A stretch of 63,969 nt of DNA. Origin: Cytophagales bacterium (lineage in GTDB: Bacteria; Bacteroidota; Bacteroidia; Cytophagales; UBA9547). The DNA is taken from positions 1 to 63,969 of the forward strand of contig JACMRH010000063.1 in assembly GCA_014376535.1 (NCBI GenBank). Reading direction: 5' to 3'. Numbering within the stretch: position 1 is the stretch's first letter; the number at the start of each line of letters is the position of its first letter. The position numbers and the translations under genes are program-made. This document shows, in pieces, positions 1-9,639 of this stretch. The notes beneath the pieces were generated by a model. It saw nothing but the letters and a program-made list of their open reading frames with translations. It was not told the DNA's origin and searched no databases.

Positions 1-225
1 ATTAAAGATGAGTTAAACCTGGGGGCTTCTTTATTATATTCTGAAACACTGTTGGTTGGCCCAATGTATAGAAATCTTTATGGTCTTGGTTTTATTGCTG
101 GCTTCTATTTTGATTCAGGTAAAGATAAATTACTGTTCTCATTCACTTATAATTCTCCACTTCTTTCCAGAGCCCCTGTACTACAAAATTCAATGGAGAT
201 CGGTTTGGGATTTAAGGTTTATTAA
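1..225 (+). CDS. 3' end of a gene cut by the window edge; C-terminal fragment of an outer-membrane beta-barrel protein, possibly PorP/SprF family
   Basis: Frame 1 is open from nt 1 to TAA at 223-225 (...LLFSFTYNSPLLSRAPVLQNSMEIGLGFKVY). It has an alternating beta-strand-like pattern and an aromatic C-terminus. The tail resembles the YSYD...S.EI.L.F ending I associate with PorP/SprF (TIGR03519). It is absent from the ORF track because it has no start codon in the window. Confidence 0.4.
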   Translation: MKDELNLGASLLYSETLLVGPMYRNLYGLGFIAGFYFDSGKDKLLFSFTYNSPLLSRAPVLQNSMEIGLGFKVY

Positions 226-323
226 TAATATTAAATCCATTTTATTGTTTTTGAATTTTTTTAAATAAAAAGTATAAAGTTTCGTTACCATATGTTTGCT
301 CGATTTGCTTTTAGTTTAAGCAA

Positions 324-2993
324 ATGTGTATGATATTACAAAAACAATTTTCAAACTGTGTTAATCGTAAAAAGCCTGGCATTCTAGTTTTAAGTTTTTT
401 AATACTTACACTAACCCTTCAGGGACAAAGCTTTAAGTATCTTAATGACACTAGCCTCAGTAATTTTTATCAAATTAAGTTGGCTTTTGAAAACGATTGG
501 TTCAAAGAAAATGGAACAATTGCAAAGCCAAATCTACGGATAGATCAATCCAACCAGGAAATAGAAGGAACATTTCATGAAAAGGAAAATGAATTTATTC
601 ATTTCAAAAGATGGGAAAGCTTTGTGGCCCCACGTGTATATCCTAGCGGAGATCTATCATTAATCTCCAGCACCTACGACAATTTTAAGACTTATAAAGA
701 AGGACAGGAACCATCTAAAAGCAATTTTCGCCTGGAAGCTACACCTGTTTGGAGTTTTGTTGGGCCATCTGGTGCAAACGATAATGGCAGAAATGCCGGT
801 AGGATGAACTTTGTTCGCTTCGATCCTAAAAACACAAACACTGTATATGCTGGCGCACCAGCAGGTGGACTTTGGAAATCTTTAAATGGTGGAGGATTAT
901 GGAGACCTATATCTGATTTTTTGCCATCAATAGGTTGTTCTGATCTTGGAATTGATCCTATAAACACGGATATATTGTACCTGGCAACGGGTGATAACGA
1001 TGGCGGAAGTACCAGAAGCATCGGTATAATGAAATCAACGGACGGAGGACTGAATTGGGCTGAAACTGGTCTGAAATGGACTCCTAATCAAAACAGGCAG
1101 ATAAGCAGGGTTTTGGTGAATCCTCTTAATACTCAGATTGTGTTATGCTTTGGTTCCCAGGGAGTTTACAGAAGTACAAATGGTGGAACAACATGGACGC
1201 AGACTCTAGCAAATGTTGGTTATATAAAAGATGCTGAATTGAAACCAGGCGACCCAAATATTGTATACGCAGTTAGTAACAGGCTATATAGGTCTACAGA
1301 TGGAGGAGCAAGTTTTACAATCGTCAATGGAGGTAATCCTACAGCAGATGTAGGAAGAATGAGTTTGGATGTAACTCCAGCAAATCCAAATTATGTTTAT
1401 TTATTTGCTGCAAAAGCAAATGGAGATTTTAAAGGCCTTTATAGATCTGAAGATTCTGGAATAAATTTTACACTCAGATCTGATGCAAATGCACCAAATG
1501 TTTTAGGTTATAATGGAACGTATGGAAGTGGAAATCAAACTGGGTACGATATGGCCTTTTCAGCATGCAAAGCTGATGCAAACCTGATAATTGGAGCTGG
1601 AGTAAGAAACTGGAAATCAACTGATGGAGGAATAACCTGGACAGTTGCAACACAAGACTGTCAAACAGCCAGCCTTGAACTGCATTGGGATATACATTAC
1701 CTGGAATTTATGCCAGGAAGTACTACTACAGCTTTTGCTGCGTGTGATGGTGGCGTTTATAAAACTGTAAATACCGGAACCTGCTGGTCAGCAATTAATC
1801 AAAATAACATTTCTGTGAATCAGATTTATGGCTTTGGAGTAGCAAGCGATAATCCAGAAATTATGATATCTGGCCATCAGGACGGAGCAACTGTTGTTCA
1901 TACAAATGGCACATACAGAAGCGCTTTGGGGGGCGATGGGTTTCAGGCATTTGTAGATCGCACTAACAGTAAAATTTTGTATGGAGAATTGTATTTTGGA
2001 GGTTTTAGCAGAAGTATCAACGGTGGATTAAACTGGACCTGGCTTGCCGATAATCCTGGATTGATAAACCTTGATGGTGCCTGGAATACACCGTGGTGTC
2101 AGGATCCAATTGAGGCCAATTCGCTGTGGGCAGGGTATGACCAGGTGCTAAAATCTACAGATAAAGGTGATAACTGGACTCAGATTGGAATTTTACCTGG
2201 AAACGGAAAAATGCGGGACGTTAAAGTAGCTCCTTCCGATAATAAAGTTGTTTATGCTGCCAGGCCAAGAGAATTATATATCACGCGGAACAACGGCTCT
2301 AGCTGGACAAACATAACTGCTGGACTGCCTGTTTTGGAAATTACCTGCATGGCTATCAGTGAAAAAGATCCATTACATGCCTGGGTGACTTGTTCCGGTT
2401 ATACAGCTAACCAAAAAGTATATGAAACGTTTAACGGAGGAACATCGTGGGCCAGCATTTCTACAGGATTGCCTAATCTTCCAGTTAATTGCATTCAATA
2501 TGTGCCTGGTTCTGCAAACAATGAAATTTATGTAGGTTGTGATGTAGGGGTTTATTATAAAAATTCAACAGTCAATACTTGGGTGCCTTATTTTGAAGGA
2601 TTAGCATACACACCTGTTTTCGATATAGAAATATATTCAAAAGGAAAAGAAATCAGAGTTGCAACACATGGTAGAGGTATTTGGAAAGCACCTTTGTATG
2701 TACCCACTGTGACAGCATTAGAAAATATAAATAATGGAAATTCTTATATAAATCATATTGATTCTGATATATTTACTATTTATCCAAATCCAGTTGATAA
2801 TTTTCTAATGGTTGTTGCTCCAGGAAGTTTATCGTCAATAAAAATAACAGACTTAAAAGGAAGGAAGTTTGCTAGTCCGGAGTTTGAAACAACAGGACTT
2901 GTGTTTTTAAATGATTTCTCAAAAGGCGTTTATATAATGGAAGTCGAGATAACCGACGGTCGTAAATGGGTTAAAAAAATAGTGAAACAATAA
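324..2993 (+). CDS. Secreted BNR/Asp-box repeat beta-propeller protein (sortilin-VPS10 / GH74-like) with T9SS type A C-terminal sorting domain
   Basis: Signal peptide KKPGILVLSFLILTLTLQGQS. Many Asp-box-like motifs (KSLNGGGLW, KSTDGGLNW, RSTNGGTTW, RSTDGGASF, KSTDGGITW, KSTDKGDNW, TRNNGSSW, FNGGTSW). The C-terminal ~75 aa IYPNPVDNFLMV...GVYIMEV...KKIVKQ looks like TIGR04183. Confidence 0.8.
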   Translation: MCMILQKQFSNCVNRKKPGILVLSFLILTLTLQGQSFKYLNDTSLSNFYQIKLAFENDWFKENGTIAKPNLRIDQSNQEIEGTFHEKENEFIHFKRWESFVAPRVYPSGDLSLISSTYDNFKTYKEGQEPSKSNFRLEATPVWSFVGPSGANDNGRNAGRMNFVRFDPKNTNTVYAGAPAGGLWKSLNGGGLWRPISDFLPSIGCSDLGIDPINTDILYLATGDNDGGSTRSIGIMKSTDGGLNWAETGLKWTPNQNRQISRVLVNPLNTQIVLCFGSQGVYRSTNGGTTWTQTLANVGYIKDAELKPGDPNIVYAVSNRLYRSTDGGASFTIVNGGNPTADVGRMSLDVTPANPNYVYLFAAKANGDFKGLYRSEDSGINFTLRSDANAPNVLGYNGTYGSGNQTGYDMAFSACKADANLIIGAGVRNWKSTDGGITWTVATQDCQTASLELHWDIHYLEFMPGSTTTAFAACDGGVYKTVNTGTCWSAINQNNISVNQIYGFGVASDNPEIMISGHQDGATVVHTNGTYRSALGGDGFQAFVDRTNSKILYGELYFGGFSRSINGGLNWTWLADNPGLINLDGAWNTPWCQDPIEANSLWAGYDQVLKSTDKGDNWTQIGILPGNGKMRDVKVAPSDNKVVYAARPRELYITRNNGSSWTNITAGLPVLEITCMAISEKDPLHAWVTCSGYTANQKVYETFNGGTSWASISTGLPNLPVNCIQYVPGSANNEIYVGCDVGVYYKNSTVNTWVPYFEGLAYTPVFDIEIYSKGKEIRVATHGRGIWKAPLYVPTVTALENINNGNSYINHIDSDIFTIYPNPVDNFLMVVAPGSLSSIKITDLKGRKFASPEFETTGLVFLNDFSKGVYIMEVEITDGRKWVKKIVKQ

Positions 2994-2997
2994 AAGC

Positions 2998-5559
2998 ATG
3001 AAAAATAACAATTACTCAAAGACATTCTGGGTTTTCTTAATCCTAGTTATAAGTGTAAGCAACATGCTGTTTTCTCAGCCTTTAGGCAATAAGCCGGAAT
3101 TTTTGGAAGGAGTAAGGCCGAATTTTTACAAGATGCAGCGAAAGGCGGATAAACATTTTAAAAAACATCCTGTTTCTCAGCTTCGGGAAGAAGCAGATAC
3201 TTCAACACAGGAAATAGATTTTGAAAAGGAATATGACCGTGAAGAAGACAATGAATACCATCGTTATAAAAGATGGGAATGGTATTGGAGAGACAGGATC
3301 AATACAGATGGCTCATTCCCAGATGCCCAAAATTTGTATGAAATCTATAAACAGCAGCAAGCTTCAGGTAATTACAGGTTAGAATCTGTTAATCCAACCT
3401 GGACCGATATTAGCATGAGTAAGAATAGTGGTGGCTATTGGGGAATGGGAAGGACACAATCCGTAGCCATTAATCCAAAAAATTCTCTCGAGTTTTATAC
3501 AACATCTAATGGGGGAGGAGTATGGAAAACAATAGATGGCGGGAAAACATATAAACCTGTAGGCGATCAGTTGCCAATGCTATTTTGTGGAAAAGTAATA
3601 ATTGACCATACCAACACAAACACTGTATATGTTTCTACTGGTGAAGATCATAGTAATTCGGGCGGCCTTGGAATTTTTAAATCGACTGATGGAGGTATTA
3701 CATGGAATACGACCGGACTAACTGCTACAAGGACAAATACTATTGCAGTTAAAACCATTGCAATGAATCCTGTAAACTCAAGTATCATGCTTGCTGCAAC
3801 CAACAAAGGTCTATACAGGACCATAAACGGTGGCGGATTTTGGACTGTGGTACGGACCGGGAATTACTCAGACCTTGCTTATAAACCCCTGGATGGCAAC
3901 ACAGTTTATGCCTCAACCAATGCCGATATGTTCAGATCATTGGATGGTGGTGTTACCTGGAATCAGGTTACAACTTTGAACAATAATACTGAAACGCGTA
4001 TTTCAACCTCACTTTCAGATCCTTCTTATGTTGTTTTTGCTTTGATAAAAACAGGGGCCACCGGACAAATGTATGTTTCCAGGAATAGCGGAGCCAGTTT
4101 CAATTTATTCTCAAACATAGGCGATGGATGTGAATTTCATGTTTCAAATGCCAATATCAATAATGTGTACTGCGGTTGCGTTGATAATTTCAGATCAAAA
4201 GACGGAGGACTGACCTGGGCAAAATTCACTTACTGGAGCGGCGGGAATGGTCTGCCGGAAGTTCATGCAGATAACCATGGTATCAATTTCGATCCATCTA
4301 AACCTTATGAAATTTACATCTCCAACGATGGGGGAGTTGATAAATTTAATGAACAAACTAACACCTGGACAAGACTTTCCAACGGCCTGGCTATCACTAT
4401 GTATTATCAAATAGCTGTTGCTCAAACAGATCCAGTTGTAATTGCCGGAGGTACCCAGGACAATGGGGGGAATATGCGTAAAAGAACCGGTTTATGGAGT
4501 AATACGACAGGTGGTGATGCAACCATGTGCCTGATTGATCCTTCCAATGATCAGATCACTTACTCTCAATACATAAACGGAGATGGAATAACCAGGACAA
4601 CTAATGCCTGGACATCACGGACCGCCCTGGATAATAATATACTTGCTGCCGGGGTTGTTGCTGGTGATGGAGATTGGGCAACACCTTTTGCTATCCATGA
4701 GGCTAACCCAACCATACTTGTAGCTGGTTATAAAGATGTTATATTATCAACAAACAGAGGTGACACGTGGAAGAAGATAAGTGCAGGATTAGAAACCGCT
4801 AATCTGAAAAAAATCGCAATTTCTGCAACAAATGCAAACTATATCTATGCTGCAAATGGCTCATCATTTTACAGAACCTTTGATCAGGGAGCTTCTGCCT
4901 GGTCAAAAACAATTCATCCGGGTGGGGGCATTTCTTACATCATAGTTCATCCAACTGACCCAAAAACAGTATATACATCCAACAATGGAGGAAATGGTAA
5001 AAGAGTGTATAAATCTATTGATGGAGGCATAAACTGGACTAACCTTTCAGCCGGTTTGCCAAACGATGTTGCGGTAACTTGTATTGCTTATGAGAAAAAA
5101 TCGAACGAAGCATTATATGTCGGTACGCCAATTGGAGTGTTTTATAAAAATGCAACGATGACTTCCTGGATTTATTTTGGAACAGGTTTGCCAAATACCT
5201 CTATTACCGATTTGCAGATTTCATATTCAGCTAAAAAGCTCCGCGCCGGAACTTTTGGGAGAGGAATATGGGAAGCTGATTTATATAGTTCTGCTATAAC
5301 AGGAGGTGCTGATGAACCGTTGGCTGCAGAAGGTACTTCTAAAGTGTATCCCAATCCTTTTCATGATGGTTTTTTTGTAAGGGATTATGCAAATGTTACA
5401 AAGCTCAGAATCCTTTCTCTTGAGGGAGTTCTGGTTGAAGAGCCTGTTATGTTAGTTTCTGGAGAAATTAATACAGGAAATTTACCTAAAGGACATTATA
5501 TTTTGGAAATAATAGAAAAGGATGGAATAACAACTACTAGAAAGATTGTAAAGGAATAA
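2998..5559 (+). CDS. Secreted BNR/Asp-box repeat beta-propeller protein, paralogue of the upstream gene, with T9SS type A CTD
   Basis: Starts 4 nt after the previous stop. Signal peptide FWVFLILVISVSNMLFSQ. Shares the N-terminal E(F/Y)xx(F/Y)KRWE motif with ORF 324-2993. Asp-boxes KTIDGGKTY, KSTDGGITW, RTINGGGFW, RSLDGGVTW, RSKDGGLTW, STNRGDTW, KSIDGGINW. CTD reads VYPNPFHDGFFV...KGHYILEI...RKIVKE. Confidence 0.8.
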   Translation: MKNNNYSKTFWVFLILVISVSNMLFSQPLGNKPEFLEGVRPNFYKMQRKADKHFKKHPVSQLREEADTSTQEIDFEKEYDREEDNEYHRYKRWEWYWRDRINTDGSFPDAQNLYEIYKQQQASGNYRLESVNPTWTDISMSKNSGGYWGMGRTQSVAINPKNSLEFYTTSNGGGVWKTIDGGKTYKPVGDQLPMLFCGKVIIDHTNTNTVYVSTGEDHSNSGGLGIFKSTDGGITWNTTGLTATRTNTIAVKTIAMNPVNSSIMLAATNKGLYRTINGGGFWTVVRTGNYSDLAYKPLDGNTVYASTNADMFRSLDGGVTWNQVTTLNNNTETRISTSLSDPSYVVFALIKTGATGQMYVSRNSGASFNLFSNIGDGCEFHVSNANINNVYCGCVDNFRSKDGGLTWAKFTYWSGGNGLPEVHADNHGINFDPSKPYEIYISNDGGVDKFNEQTNTWTRLSNGLAITMYYQIAVAQTDPVVIAGGTQDNGGNMRKRTGLWSNTTGGDATMCLIDPSNDQITYSQYINGDGITRTTNAWTSRTALDNNILAAGVVAGDGDWATPFAIHEANPTILVAGYKDVILSTNRGDTWKKISAGLETANLKKIAISATNANYIYAANGSSFYRTFDQGASAWSKTIHPGGGISYIIVHPTDPKTVYTSNNGGNGKRVYKSIDGGINWTNLSAGLPNDVAVTCIAYEKKSNEALYVGTPIGVFYKNATMTSWIYFGTGLPNTSITDLQISYSAKKLRAGTFGRGIWEADLYSSAITGGADEPLAAEGTSKVYPNPFHDGFFVRDYANVTKLRILSLEGVLVEEPVMLVSGEINTGNLPKGHYILEIIEKDGITTTRKIVKE

Positions 5560-5570
5560 ATTTTAAAATA

Positions 5571-5616
5571 ATCAAATTAATGTAAGGTTTTTCGATTTTT
5601 TTTACATTAATTTGAT
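5571..5616 (+). terminator. Inverted repeat downstream of the second propeller gene (weak intrinsic terminator candidate)
   Basis: Perfect 15-bp inverted repeat ATCAAATTAATGTAA / TTACATTAATTTGAT with a 16-nt T-rich loop, beginning 12 nt after the stop. The stem is almost entirely AT, so it is weak. Confidence 0.35.
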
Positions 5617-5809
5617 TCATAAACCAGACTAATTAAATTTTTTAATTTGTTAGTTATCTAACTTCCAGTTTTCATACAAATTTCTTATCTGTAAACAGTC
5701 CGAAAAGTATATTCTACTTTTTTCGGAGATACGCAGTATTTATTCAGTTTTATTTACCATTTTATTTATATATAACTCTTAACCCTTGTCATCTTAAACC
5801 GTAAACGTT

Positions 5810-6742
5810 ATGAAAAAAATTATCTTTTTTGGAGCATTACTATCGTCTTTTATTTCATCTAAGGGACAATTTATTACCACGGGAATACCTTCCGCATCTA
5901 CAATTTATGAAAGTGCCAAGGTTGGTATAGGACATACAGCATCTACAACGGTGTCTGAAAAATTACATATAAATAGTGGAAATTTTAGAATTACTGGTAC
6001 ATCAACTACTTCGCCAGCCACTTATACACCAGCAAGTATTACAGCAGGCGCACTTCTAATTGGCAATAATGCAGGAACTAATAGCTGGATGCAATCATAT
6101 GGGATTAACAATACAACTTATGCGACTCTCTTGTTAAATCCAAAAGGCGGAAAAGTAGGAATAGGCATAACAACAGCTCCTACTGCGACACTGGAAATTG
6201 GAAATGCTTCATCAGCAACGATAAAACTAAGTACAACTGGAACTGCTCTCCCTCAAGGAAGTGGAATTACATTTCATACAGGAGCTTATATTTCCACATC
6301 AACTTATCCTGCTCCGGGAAGTGGAACATTATCTATAGACAATTCAACATCTGCTATTAATATTTTTGGAGGTTCACTTGCTTTTCGTGGTCCATCTAGT
6401 TTTCTTGATAAAGTATATATTGGGTCATCATGGCCGGCGTCTGGAGCACATACTGATTACAAATTATCTGTAGATGGTAAACTTGTTGTTAAATCATGCT
6501 ATGTAACCAGTGTCGGGTGGGCAGATTTTGTTTTCGATAAAAACTACAATTTACAGTCACTTTCAGAAGTTGAAAACTTCATAAAGGAAAACGGCCATTT
6601 GCCAGAAATTCCTTCAGCTACGGAAATTGAAGAAAACGGAATGAATGTAAGTGAATTATTAAAACTTCAGATGCAAAAAATTGAAGAACTTACTTTACAC
6701 CTGATTGAAATGAAAAAGGAAATAGAAACTCTTAAGAAATAA
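5810..6742 (+). CDS. Secreted fibre-like protein with a conserved Bacteroidota C-terminal module (WADFVF...HLPEIPSA...coiled coil); function unknown
   Basis: Signal peptide MKKIIFFGALLSSFISSKGQ. G/T/S-rich body with repeated (K)VGIG.T motifs. The C-terminal ~80 aa ends in a heptad-like QMQKIEELTLHLIEMKKEIETLKK. No YPNP-type T9SS CTD. Confidence 0.7.
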   Translation: MKKIIFFGALLSSFISSKGQFITTGIPSASTIYESAKVGIGHTASTTVSEKLHINSGNFRITGTSTTSPATYTPASITAGALLIGNNAGTNSWMQSYGINNTTYATLLLNPKGGKVGIGITTAPTATLEIGNASSATIKLSTTGTALPQGSGITFHTGAYISTSTYPAPGSGTLSIDNSTSAINIFGGSLAFRGPSSFLDKVYIGSSWPASGAHTDYKLSVDGKLVVKSCYVTSVGWADFVFDKNYNLQSLSEVENFIKENGHLPEIPSATEIEENGMNVSELLKLQMQKIEELTLHLIEMKKEIETLKK

Positions 6743-6760
6743 TACTTATAGACCTATATC

Positions 6761-9628
6761 ATGAAGAAGATATTTATACTATGGCTATTAATTCTAAATG
6801 GATTAATTGCTTATTCACAACAATGGCAGGACATTGGGCCATTTGAAAGGCCAGCTGGCGCAGATCTTAAAAACTCTGGATTCTCGGCCAATATCCAAGT
6901 TCAGGTTGTACCTGTAGAGGGAAGCACTAATCCTTATATTTATACTTTAAGTCAATTAGGAATATTTAAATCAACAGATGGGGGCGCTAATTTTACCTGT
7001 ATTACAAAGAAATCTACCTTACCAGGATCTAATTTACCAGAACTAGGGTTTTCTTTCTCTAGGTTTTATGTTAACCCGAATAACATAAATCAAATTTTGG
7101 TATCTTTTAGTTACCCCAACCCATCATTACAAATATATTTGAGTAATAATGGAGGGATCGATTGGTCAAATTTTACTGGTAGTATAACTGCCGGATGTGA
7201 TAATCCTGTATTCTCCATTGACCCGTCATCAACTTCTGATGACATTTATATGGGATTGTCTGATGCTGGAACATCTGTTTATAAATGTAGCCTGAAAACA
7301 ACACTCACACCATGGTCCAAAGTTACCAGCATTCCCGACATCGGAATTAAAGATATTGTGTTTGTTAAGAGTAATAGTACTCCTACTAAAACTTACTCTT
7401 ATATATCAGGCAGAAGTGCTATTTATGAAAGGAATGCAGGTTCCTGGGCTTTGATGGATATGTCAGGTATAAGCTCCGCCGCTCTGATAAATTCGGATTT
7501 AGGACCAGGAGTTAATAATATTGCATATGATTTTAGAATAACTGTTAACTCCAATGGAACTTTATATGCACTTGCCATGCCTACTCAAGGAGATGGATCA
7601 TCAAGTGGTATAACAAGGCAATTTGATGGTGGTTTGTATTTATATTCACCTCTAAACACTAAAAAATGGACATTTAAATGTAAATACACTTCCAGTGGCA
7701 ATCATGGAGGATCCCCAGTCAGTATTTTGGTTTCACCATCTAATAATAATTTAGTTTTCTTAAATGATGATTATTTAAATTATTTTAACAACGGAGTTCA
7801 ATATATAAATGATACATATGATTCTTATAATTGCAATAAGGCGCATGCAGACTTGCGCAGCTTAGCCTTTGATCCCAATGACGCAACAAAATTATATGTT
7901 GCAAACGATGGTTTTATATCCTTGTTCAGGGTTACTTCAGGTAATGTTGCCGCTAACTCCGATTGCAATGCCTGGGACTACTTAGGATGTGTTGGGCTGG
8001 GTGGAAGCGACATTATAGGGGCAGCAACATCACCGGATGATCCTAATGTTTTACTTGCTAATTTATGGGATCAAAATGCTTCTACAGTTGAATTTTATCC
8101 TACTAGAGTGTCACCAAATAAATGGAAGACTGTTGATTTTAAAAGAAGTGGCGAAAAACGTCATAGATTATTAGTTGTCTCTACTGTTAATAATAAAACT
8201 ATTTATTTGGCAGCAGGAGGACCTAATTACGCGAACACGTTAGAAATTGTAGCTTATAATAACAATACTAATTCTCAAATTAAAACATTTTCAACAGATC
8301 CAGATGGATATCCCATTAGAGAAATTCTTAGAGATCCTATCGATCCCAGAATAAATTTTGTGGTTACTGAGAAAAGTATTTATAAATATAAAAATATCAG
8401 TTTGAATGGATCAAATCAGCTTATTAATAGTACTCCAGCTCTAATAATTTCCCCTCTTCAAACGATTTTTGAAAAAATTTTGGCTTTCGCTGTTGCGCCC
8501 ACAGATATAAATAAAATGTATTTACAAGTTTTGTATGTTAATGGAACAGATAAATATTTAAATTTATACTCATCCACTCTAAATTCATCAAATCAACTGG
8601 TATGGATAGTAAATCGAGTACCCACTTCTGTTAGTGACTTAATTGTTAATCTTGATGCTGATGGTATAAAGGGAAGCGCTTCTTTGAGTGTTTCATTTAA
8701 AGATCCCAATAAACTATATTTCACAGGCAAGAATGTATATAAATACCTTGAGGGACCGCGTGTTTTTACAACTACAGATAAAGGTTTAAGTTACAATGAA
8801 ATGGACCGGACAGGTTTACCCTGGCTATCAGATAACACTACAGCAATACCTTGGTCTATCATTTGTGAGAGAGGAACTAATGATAATCTTTACATGCTCA
8901 CTTCAAGAGGTGTTTATTTGAAAAATGACTTCATGAACTCCTGGGATACTTTTGGAACTTCTAATACTTATCAGTTGCATTATAAGGCTGATATAAACTA
9001 TAAATCCAATAAACTTACAACAGGTGGAAATACTGTAAGGCAAATAGGTTTGAAGTGTCCCTCTCAGATTAATAATTCAGTTACTTCTGTAGCTCCCCTT
9101 GGATGGTACGAGGCCAAATCAAATTTAACTTGTTCAATATCAGCTGCAACAAATAAATATTGGTTTAGGGCTGGAAGCGAGATTGCTTTAACGGATGGTT
9201 TTTCTTCTAATGCCGGAAGTGAAGGCTCAATATTTATTCATGGATGCGATGGTATTCCAGAAAGCACCATTTCTTACAGAAAAGAAACTGAAGTAGCAGT
9301 CAACGAAACTGAGGTTCCGATTTCTGAATCAACTGTAGAAAAGGGAGTTGTGTTGTATCCAAATCCATCATCTGGACCCTTCAAAATAAAGGTTACTACC
9401 GAGGCTGGAGAAGTTATTACAAATATTATCCTTAGGGATGCCTCTGGTAAAATTTTAAAAACAATAGATCCTTCTGTTTTTAAGGGAGAAATTGAAATAA
9501 ACGAACGTTTTGAAAAATCTACAGAGGTTATTATTGTTGAAGTTATAACGAACAAAAGGTCATACAAATCTAAAATGATCAATTCATTACTTAAAAGTTC
9601 AGATCTTCATAAAAGTTTGAACAAATAA
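6761..9628 (+). CDS. Large secreted Asp-box/beta-propeller-like protein with T9SS type A CTD (divergent third paralogue)
   Basis: Signal peptide MKKIFILWLLILNGLIAYSQ. Asp-box-like motifs KSTDGGANF, SNNGGIDW, TTTDKGLSY. Near the C-terminus, VVLYPNPSSGPFKIKV...IIVEVITNKRSYKSKMIN is CTD-like and is followed by a 14-aa tail. Upstream of it lies the segment WYEAKSNLTCSISAATNKYWFRAGSEIALTDGFSSNAGSEGSIFIHGC. Confidence 0.75.
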   Translation: MKKIFILWLLILNGLIAYSQQWQDIGPFERPAGADLKNSGFSANIQVQVVPVEGSTNPYIYTLSQLGIFKSTDGGANFTCITKKSTLPGSNLPELGFSFSRFYVNPNNINQILVSFSYPNPSLQIYLSNNGGIDWSNFTGSITAGCDNPVFSIDPSSTSDDIYMGLSDAGTSVYKCSLKTTLTPWSKVTSIPDIGIKDIVFVKSNSTPTKTYSYISGRSAIYERNAGSWALMDMSGISSAALINSDLGPGVNNIAYDFRITVNSNGTLYALAMPTQGDGSSSGITRQFDGGLYLYSPLNTKKWTFKCKYTSSGNHGGSPVSILVSPSNNNLVFLNDDYLNYFNNGVQYINDTYDSYNCNKAHADLRSLAFDPNDATKLYVANDGFISLFRVTSGNVAANSDCNAWDYLGCVGLGGSDIIGAATSPDDPNVLLANLWDQNASTVEFYPTRVSPNKWKTVDFKRSGEKRHRLLVVSTVNNKTIYLAAGGPNYANTLEIVAYNNNTNSQIKTFSTDPDGYPIREILRDPIDPRINFVVTEKSIYKYKNISLNGSNQLINSTPALIISPLQTIFEKILAFAVAPTDINKMYLQVLYVNGTDKYLNLYSSTLNSSNQLVWIVNRVPTSVSDLIVNLDADGIKGSASLSVSFKDPNKLYFTGKNVYKYLEGPRVFTTTDKGLSYNEMDRTGLPWLSDNTTAIPWSIICERGTNDNLYMLTSRGVYLKNDFMNSWDTFGTSNTYQLHYKADINYKSNKLTTGGNTVRQIGLKCPSQINNSVTSVAPLGWYEAKSNLTCSISAATNKYWFRAGSEIALTDGFSSNAGSEGSIFIHGCDGIPESTISYRKETEVAVNETEVPISESTVEKGVVLYPNPSSGPFKIKVTTEAGEVITNIILRDASGKILKTIDPSVFKGEIEINERFEKSTEVIIVEVITNKRSYKSKMINSLLKSSDLHKSLNK

Positions 9629-9639
9629 TAATGTAATCA

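Noticed and set aside
56-268. 70-aa ORF from the track at the left edge
   Set aside because: It is out of frame with, and overlaps, the open frame-1 reading (1-225) that has beta-barrel-like sequence. Its own product is low-complexity hydrophobic (MAQCIEIFMVLVLLLASILIQ...) with no supporting features.
692-9582. Antisense ORFs inside the T9SS cargo genes (692-1021, 4195-4425, 5172-5354, 9274-9582)
   Set aside because: All lie wholly within much longer, motif-rich ORFs on the opposite strand and have no recognisable motifs. They are typical shadow ORFs.
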